From Calditrichia bacterium (GTDB lineage Bacteria; Calditrichota; Calditrichia; RBG-13-44-9): a DNA stretch of 13,539 nt. Under the pieces are notes generated by a model. That model did not search any database, had not been told where the DNA came from, and was given only the letters and a program-made list of their open reading frames with translations. Within the stretch, counting starts at the first letter, position 1. Each line of letters starts with the position of its first letter. The translations under genes were made by a program, and so were the position numbers. The stretch spans positions 44,810 to 58,348 of the forward strand of contig JARRQT010000032.1 of assembly GCA_037381445.1 (NCBI GenBank). The letters are read 5' to 3'. Shown here in pieces: positions 8,886-13,539 of this stretch.

Positions 8886-9503
8886 TCAGAATTTAACCTT
8901 TGGCGCTTCCTGTGCCTGTTCGGTAGCCTGGAAATACTCCTTTTTGGCAAATCCAGCGGAGCCCGCAACGATTGATTGCGGAAACTTCCGGATATAGGCA
9001 TTATATTTCTGAACTTCCTCATTGAAACGGCGCCGCTCCACTGCTATGCGGTTCTCGGTGCCTTCCAGTTGGGCCTGCAGGGTAAGAAAGTTCTGATTCG
9101 CCTTCAGGTCCGGATAACGTTCGACTACCACCATGAGACGCTGCAGCGCCGCCCCCAGCCCATCCTGCAACTGCTGGAACCGGGAGAACAACTGCGGATT
9201 ATTGAGAATTTCCGGAGAAACATTTACCATGCCGCCTGCCCTGGCCCGGGCTTCCGTCACCGCTTCCAGAACTTCCTTTTCATGGGAAGCATACCCTTTT
9301 ACGGTTTCCACCAGGTTGGGAATAAGATCGATACGCCGCTGGTATTGGTTCTGGACCTGGGCCCAACTGGAATTAACGCTTTCTTCCAGATCTACCATGT
9401 GATTGCGGATCCCCACATACCAGCTGAATGCCACAACAACGAATATCAGCAGTATGGCAAGAATCCCAAATCCCACCCATAATCCTTTATTACCTTTCGC
9501 CAT
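8886..9503 (-). CDS. lemA: LemA family protein
   Basis: 205 aa; N-terminal TM helix; WAQVQNQYQRRIDLIPNLVETVKGYA.HE, VVVERYPDLKANQNF..LQ.QLEGTENRIAVERRRFN, APKVKF end. Confidence 0.96.
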   Translation of the reverse strand: MAKGNKGLWVGFGILAILLIFVVVAFSWYVGIRNHMVDLEESVNSSWAQVQNQYQRRIDLIPNLVETVKGYASHEKEVLEAVTEARARAGGMVNVSPEILNNPQLFSRFQQLQDGLGAALQRLMVVVERYPDLKANQNFLTLQAQLEGTENRIAVERRRFNEEVQKYNAYIRKFPQSIVAGSAGFAKKEYFQATEQAQEAPKVKF

Positions 9504-9529
9504 CCATTCTTCCTTTCTCTCTGTTTTGT

Positions 9530-9558
9530 ATTCTAATCTAATTCGATCATATTGCCAA
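9530..9558 (-). promoter_or_regulatory. Putative sigma70-type promoter for lemA
   Basis: Minus strand TTGGCA(9558-9553)-N17-TAGAAT(9535-9530). Confidence 0.5.
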
Positions 9559-9706
9559 TGTTATGGGACATTCAAACAAACCATCAAATTTAAAATTATG
9601 TGAAACCGGGGATAAAGTTCCTGAGAAAAATTTGCAAAGGGAATTTCGCAATCTTCCGTGGAAAATAAATTCTATTAAAATAATTCCTGATTTTCTTGCC
9701 ATGAAG

Positions 9707-10180
9707 TTATAAACCGGAAAGTTCTTTCTCGCTGAATATCTCAGCGGAGAAAATGAATATTTCTGTTTCCGGCTCCCTCCATGCATCCGCCATGAGACCT
9801 GCCTTGAAACAGGTCTGACGCAGAAATTCTTCCCTGTCCCAGTTCCATTCAGTGGCCACCTGGGGCAACAGCAGTCCTCTTCTCATCCCTTTTTGAATAA
9901 TAATCCCGTGGGTACCAATCACAATTTCCTTTGTATCCTCAATTTTTTTCAGCGGTGATAATACGGAGATTTCAATCTCCAGGTCGGGAATTTCTTTTTT
10001 TTTTTTGTGGAGGGTAACGAAAGCACCGAATTTTTCTTTCAACTTTTCAGAAGGAGGCTCAACCGAATCAGGTTTCTTTTCCATAAGTGAATGAATGATA
10101 GTCTGACGGGCAAGATTTAGAAGAAATTTCTTCTCCTGAACCGTGAGCCCGACAACCGTATCATTGTTTCCTTCATTCAT
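9707..10180 (-). CDS. amrA: AMMECR1-family / AmmeMemoRadiSam system protein A with in-frame loss of its central core (possible pseudogene or assembly artefact)
   Basis: LT..EKKFLLNLARQTI, GAFVTL, EISVLSPL, IG.HGIII..G.RRGLLLPQVA.EWNWDREEFL..TC.KAGL..DAW, F.AEIFSE all match the family, but LRGCIG and DPRF are absent. Start at 10180 (AAGGA RBS) preferred; 10243 is an alternative. Confidence 0.85.
   Translation of the reverse strand: MNEGNNDTVVGLTVQEKKFLLNLARQTIIHSLMEKKPDSVEPPSEKLKEKFGAFVTLHKKKKEIPDLEIEISVLSPLKKIEDTKEIVIGTHGIIIQKGMRRGLLLPQVATEWNWDREEFLRQTCFKAGLMADAWREPETEIFIFSAEIFSEKELSGL
9995..10006 (-). repeat. A12 homopolymer (coding strand) inside the amrA-like gene
   Basis: Twelve consecutive T on the plus strand, encoding KKKK in ...FVTLH-KKKK-EIPD... 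Confidence 0.95.
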
Positions 10181-10328
10181 TGTAAATCCTTTCTGAAATA
10201 ATATCACGAAAGCTAAACTAAAAACTAAACTTAATTTGCCCATTTCGCCATGATGCTCCTTTTAAGCAAAATCAGATCAAATGCAAAAGACAGGCAAGCC
10301 TGCCGGTATTTTATTCCCTTCTATTTGA

Positions 10329-10350
10329 ATCCTTCATACATATGAAGGAT
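10329..10350. promoter_or_regulatory. Perfect 10-bp inverted repeat, possible operator
   Basis: ATCCTTCATA-ca-TATGAAGGAT; a 2-nt spacer is too tight for a normal RNA loop, which fits a DNA dyad. Confidence 0.45.
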
Positions 10351-10391
10351 GATATTATTTCAATAGTACCGGGATATTCCGATGCTCCAAT

Positions 10392-10419
10392 AATATATCA
10401 AAAAAAGATTTTTTTACAA
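10392..10419 (-). promoter_or_regulatory. Putative promoter for the amrA-like gene
   Basis: Minus strand TTGTAA(10419-10414)-N16-TATATT(10397-10392) with an extended -10 TGn. Confidence 0.4.
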
Positions 10420-10552
10420 AGGAGATTCCGTTCAAACCTTCGGCATTAATTGAACAGGCAAATTTTCAATGAAGGACAAAACTGATGGTCTTTCCCGAAA
10501 TCGTCAACCATGCGGATCCTGCAAAGCAGTACGAAAAACCCGCTCGGCAGAA

Positions 10553-10587
10553 ATAAAGGGGAGCTCCTTTTTCGGACTCCCCTTTAT
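10553..10587 (-). terminator. Intrinsic terminator after the rny / ferritin-like unit
   Basis: ATAAAGGGGAG(10553-10563)/CTCCCCTTTAT(10577-10587) plus inner TCC/GGA; minus strand ends ...CCCCTTTATTTCT. Confidence 0.75.
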
Positions 10588-10653
10588 AATTTTATGGAAA
10601 ACAAAAGATGTTTGCCGATTATCAGGCAGGCTCAGGTTCAACTAATCGGTACC

Positions 10654-11169
10654 CTATTCTTCCGGCGCCGATTCACCCTCCTCCGCCTGGTCAGAAAAAT
10701 TCACTTCTTCGTAATTTTGATATTTATCGTACTCGTTTTGTAAATGGCTGATGTGCTTCTCTTCCTGTTCAACCAGCCAGTTAAAAATGGCTTTTACTTC
10801 CCAATCCTCAGCCCGGTCATGCTGGGTTTTGTAAAAGTCCCGGTTGATACCTTCGTTCTCGATGGCCAGGCTGATTAATTCCGCAACCGTGCAATTTTCC
10901 AACTCGATATCCATCAGTTGGCTGCGGTTGGGCAATTCTATATCGGGTACCGGTTCTTCTTTATCAGGGCCTTCCATTCCGTCTTCCGACAGCCGTATTC
11001 GCATTCGCTGTTCATGCTGCTGTTCTTCCGCAATCAGGCGCTCCAGCATGCGGCGGGTATTAGAATTCCTGACCTGCTTCAGCATGTGCTGATAAATCTG
11101 CACAATATCCGCTTCATTTTGAATGGCCATCAGCAGGGCATGGGAGGCGTCAGGCGTAAGAGAAGACAT
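10654..11169 (-). CDS. Ferritin-like (rubrerythrin-family) diiron four-helix-bundle protein without a rubredoxin domain
   Basis: 171 aa; duplicated motif AIQNE......Y...EEQQH and AIENE.....FY...QEEKH (E...ExxH twice); acidic C-terminal tail; no CxxC pairs. Confidence 0.88.
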   Translation of the reverse strand: MSSLTPDASHALLMAIQNEADIVQIYQHMLKQVRNSNTRRMLERLIAEEQQHEQRMRIRLSEDGMEGPDKEEPVPDIELPNRSQLMDIELENCTVAELISLAIENEGINRDFYKTQHDRAEDWEVKAIFNWLVEQEEKHISHLQNEYDKYQNYEEVNFSDQAEEGESAPEE

Positions 11170-11196
11170 AAAATATTCCCTGAATTTAATGACAAA

Positions 11197-12801
11197 TTAC
11201 GATTCTTTAAATGCCTTTTCGTGTTTTTCGTCGTTATGCCCCGGCAGGAATTCATCGGTATAACTGTTGGCGATAGTCTGGCGTATGGCAGTCACTTTGA
11301 TTTGTCCGGGATACTCCATGGTCTCCTTTATCTTGCGGGCGATGTCGCTGGCCAGCAGTTTGGTCTCGCCGTCCGAAAGTTTCTCCGGCACAATCATGAC
11401 CCGGATTTCACGTCCGGCGGAAAGGGCATAGGTTTTACCGACGCCTTCGAAAGAGTTGGCCAGATCTTCCAGTTTGGTGATACGCTCCGCGTAGGCTTCC
11501 AGGGATTCCCGGCGCGCTCCTGGCCGTGCACCGCTGATGCGGTCCGCAGCGGTCACCAGCACGGAAATAGGCGAAATAGGATCGGCTTCTTCGTGATGGG
11601 CAAGCACCGAGTTGATGACCACCGGGTGTTCTCCGCAGCGGGTCGTCACTTCTACGCCAATGGAAACATGGCTTCCTTCGGAATCCCCGCTCACCGCTTT
11701 ACCGATATCATGGAAAAGGCCGGCCCGTTTGGCAAGCTCCACATCAAGCCCCAGCTCGGCGGCCATGCCGGCAGCCAGCAGGGCGACTTCCTTGGAATGA
11801 TGGAGAATATTTTGTCCGTAGCTGGTGCGGTATTTCAGCCTTCCGAGATATTCCCGCAATTCAGGGTGAACATTCTTTATTTTCAGCTCCTGCAGCGTCT
11901 CCTCCGAGGCCTTCTTGATGCTGATTTCCACTTCTTTGGTAGCCTTTTCGACTTCGGCATCGATCGCCTTGGGATTAATATTTTTATTCTTGATCAAACG
12001 CTCCATGGCAATGCGGGCGATTTCCCTGCGGATGGGATCAAAACTGGACATTACGACTGTTTCGGGCGTATCATCCACAATGACCTTAACGCCGGTCGCC
12101 GCTTCAAAAGCCTTGATATTCCGGCCCTCACGTCCGATGATGATGCCTTTCCAGTCATCATGGGGCAGCTCTACCGAAACCAGCGTGGATTCCATGGTAT
12201 ATTCCGTGGACATCCGTTCAATGGCGAAGGCCATAATTTCCTTGGCTTCCCAGCGGGCACGCTCTTCCGCCTCCCGCTTGATATCCAGAATTGACTGGGC
12301 TGCTTCCGCCCGGGCCTGCACCACCATGTTATTCATCAGCGTTTTTTTGGCCTCATCCCGGTTCAAGCCGCTGATATTTTCGAGCTGTTTGATTTCTTCC
12401 TCATGGATTGCTGCAACAGCTTTTTCCTTTTCCTGAATGGTCCGTTCCCAGTTGATCAGTTCCTTTTCGCGCTTGCGGACTTGCCATTCTTTCTCCCGCG
12501 CTTTTCCATCCATGCGGCGAAGTTCCTTGTCTTTCCTGCGCAGGCGCTCCTCCGATTTGGAGAATTCCTCTTCTTTCTGCTTCATCTGTTTCAGAAATTG
12601 GTTCTTCTCCTGATATAATTTTTCCTTTGCGGACACATAGGCATCGCGCTCCAGTTTTTCCAGCCGCTTTTCTGCCCGCCCGATGATCTCTTTCGCTTTT
12701 TTCTCCGCGCCGGCAACTTTACTAAGTCCCAGCAGATGATAAAGGCCGGCACCGAGCACCAGTCCGGCTATTCCTATACCGATTATCATTAATATATTCA
12801 T
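11197..12801 (-). CDS. rny: Ribonuclease Y
   Basis: 534 aa; N-terminal TM helix, long coiled coil, KH domain (IIGREGRNI..FE..TGV.VIVDDTPE), SFDPIRREIAR, RTSYGQN, HD domain (FHDIGK), ISGARPGARRE, AGREIRV, YPGQIKVT. Confidence 0.97.
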   Translation of the reverse strand: MNILMIIGIGIAGLVLGAGLYHLLGLSKVAGAEKKAKEIIGRAEKRLEKLERDAYVSAKEKLYQEKNQFLKQMKQKEEEFSKSEERLRRKDKELRRMDGKAREKEWQVRKREKELINWERTIQEKEKAVAAIHEEEIKQLENISGLNRDEAKKTLMNNMVVQARAEAAQSILDIKREAEERARWEAKEIMAFAIERMSTEYTMESTLVSVELPHDDWKGIIIGREGRNIKAFEAATGVKVIVDDTPETVVMSSFDPIRREIARIAMERLIKNKNINPKAIDAEVEKATKEVEISIKKASEETLQELKIKNVHPELREYLGRLKYRTSYGQNILHHSKEVALLAAGMAAELGLDVELAKRAGLFHDIGKAVSGDSEGSHVSIGVEVTTRCGEHPVVINSVLAHHEEADPISPISVLVTAADRISGARPGARRESLEAYAERITKLEDLANSFEGVGKTYALSAGREIRVMIVPEKLSDGETKLLASDIARKIKETMEYPGQIKVTAIRQTIANSYTDEFLPGHNDEKHEKAFKES

Positions 12802-13091
12802 AATAAATTTACCTCAGTCTTTGCTTTTTTTCTACCCGCTCAATACTAAAATAGAACCACTTTTTACAATTTCCAAATCAAGGATTCCTGAAATCCTTAA
12901 ATTATACTTCTTTATACTACCCAGAATGCCTTTTTCGTTCTTTTAATTTATAAATATATAGACGTTATGATCTGAAAAAAACGATTTTTTGTGAATTCGC
13001 TACGGCATCAATTTTGAATCTCTTTTCGCGTTCCGGCGCCTATGAATTACCCGGCAGTTTGAATCACCCGAAAGCATTCCCGAACATCCGC

Positions 13092-13539
13092 TCAGTTGCC
13101 GCTTTTTTTGAAAACCAGACAGTTATGGGCGGTGAGCACATACAGGAACTGATCGGTCTTCCCCCGCATGTGCAGCAAGGAAACATCCACTGGTCTGATG
13201 TTCTGCTCTTCCAGATTCAATCTTCCCGAAAAGCTTTGTCCGTCGCTGAAGAAATAGATGCTGTGCGATTCCGGATCGGCAACAACCAGTTCATCCAGCC
13301 GGGTAGCCGAAATACCCAGCGGCTGCTGAAAATCAGGATTTTTTATTTCCGTTAGAAAATTCCCCAGATAATCAAAAACGACCACCGCCTTTTGTCCCGG
13401 ATCGCTAACAAAGATCTTATTTTTATCACTGATGGCCAATTGACAGGGACCGAGCAGCTGCCCCAGATTGTCAGCTGCATTTCCAAAAGCCACCTGGGGC
13501 TGGTTAAAGCGGTTGAATTTTATGACCCGTTTATTCAGG
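13092..13539 (-). CDS. NHL-repeat beta-propeller protein, 5' end outside the window
   Basis: The frame stays open to the window edge (LNKRVIKFNRFNQPQVAFG...); NHL-like blades GQLLGPCQLAI....IFVSD.G...VVVFD..GNFL and FQQPLGI......LVVADPESHSIYFF...G. Confidence 0.8.
   Translation of the reverse strand, partial: LNKRVIKFNRFNQPQVAFGNAADNLGQLLGPCQLAISDKNKIFVSDPGQKAVVVFDYLGNFLTEIKNPDFQQPLGISATRLDELVVADPESHSIYFFSDGQSFSGRLNLEEQNIRPVDVSLLHMRGKTDQFLYVLTAHNCLVFKKSGN

Noticed and set aside
9632..9651. Weak hairpin TTGCGAA/TTTGCAA followed by ATTTTTCT (minus strand) as an amrA terminator
   Set aside because: A short AT-rich stem with a G-U pair; too weak to call.
10510..10743. 77-aa plus-strand ORF with a hydrophobic C-terminus
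   Set aside because: It runs through a terminator hairpin, overlaps the ferritin-like gene antisense and lacks an RBS.
10918..12294. 458-aa plus-strand ORF antisense to rny and the ferritin-like gene
   Set aside because: It lies entirely opposite well-supported genes, has no recognisable motifs, and has the F/H/G-rich composition typical of an antisense shadow frame.
12802..13091. 6S RNA (ssrS), often found upstream of rny
   Set aside because: The region is AT-rich and I could not see the long irregular hairpin with a central bulge; an Infernal scan would be decisive.

Overview
Bacterial chromosomal window of mostly housekeeping character. The lineage cannot be fixed from the sequence; an FCB-group or Calditrichota-like organism is only a guess. 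Left to right: a minus-strand gap-pgk-tpiA glycolytic cluster punctuated by strong hairpins; a divergent plus-strand run of flavin reductase-family protein, MtaD/5'-deoxyadenosine deaminase-type amidohydrolase, TPR lipoprotein, adenosine deaminase and YbdK/GCS2 carboxylate-amine ligase; then, past a bidirectional terminator, minus-strand lemA, an AMMECR1/AmmeMemoRadiSam protein A gene, a ferritin/rubrerythrin-like gene, RNase Y (rny) and the 3' part of an NHL-repeat protein. No mobile elements, CRISPR arrays, tRNA or rRNA were seen. The clearest anomaly is the AMMECR1 gene, which lacks its LRGCIG...DPRF core (about 35-45 aa, in frame) exactly at an A12 tract. Other items worth follow-up are two adenine-nucleoside deaminases flanking a TPR lipoprotein, a divergent rny linked to a diiron protein outside its usual context, and shared palindromic motifs. 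I cannot demonstrate a clearly novel multi-gene system here.
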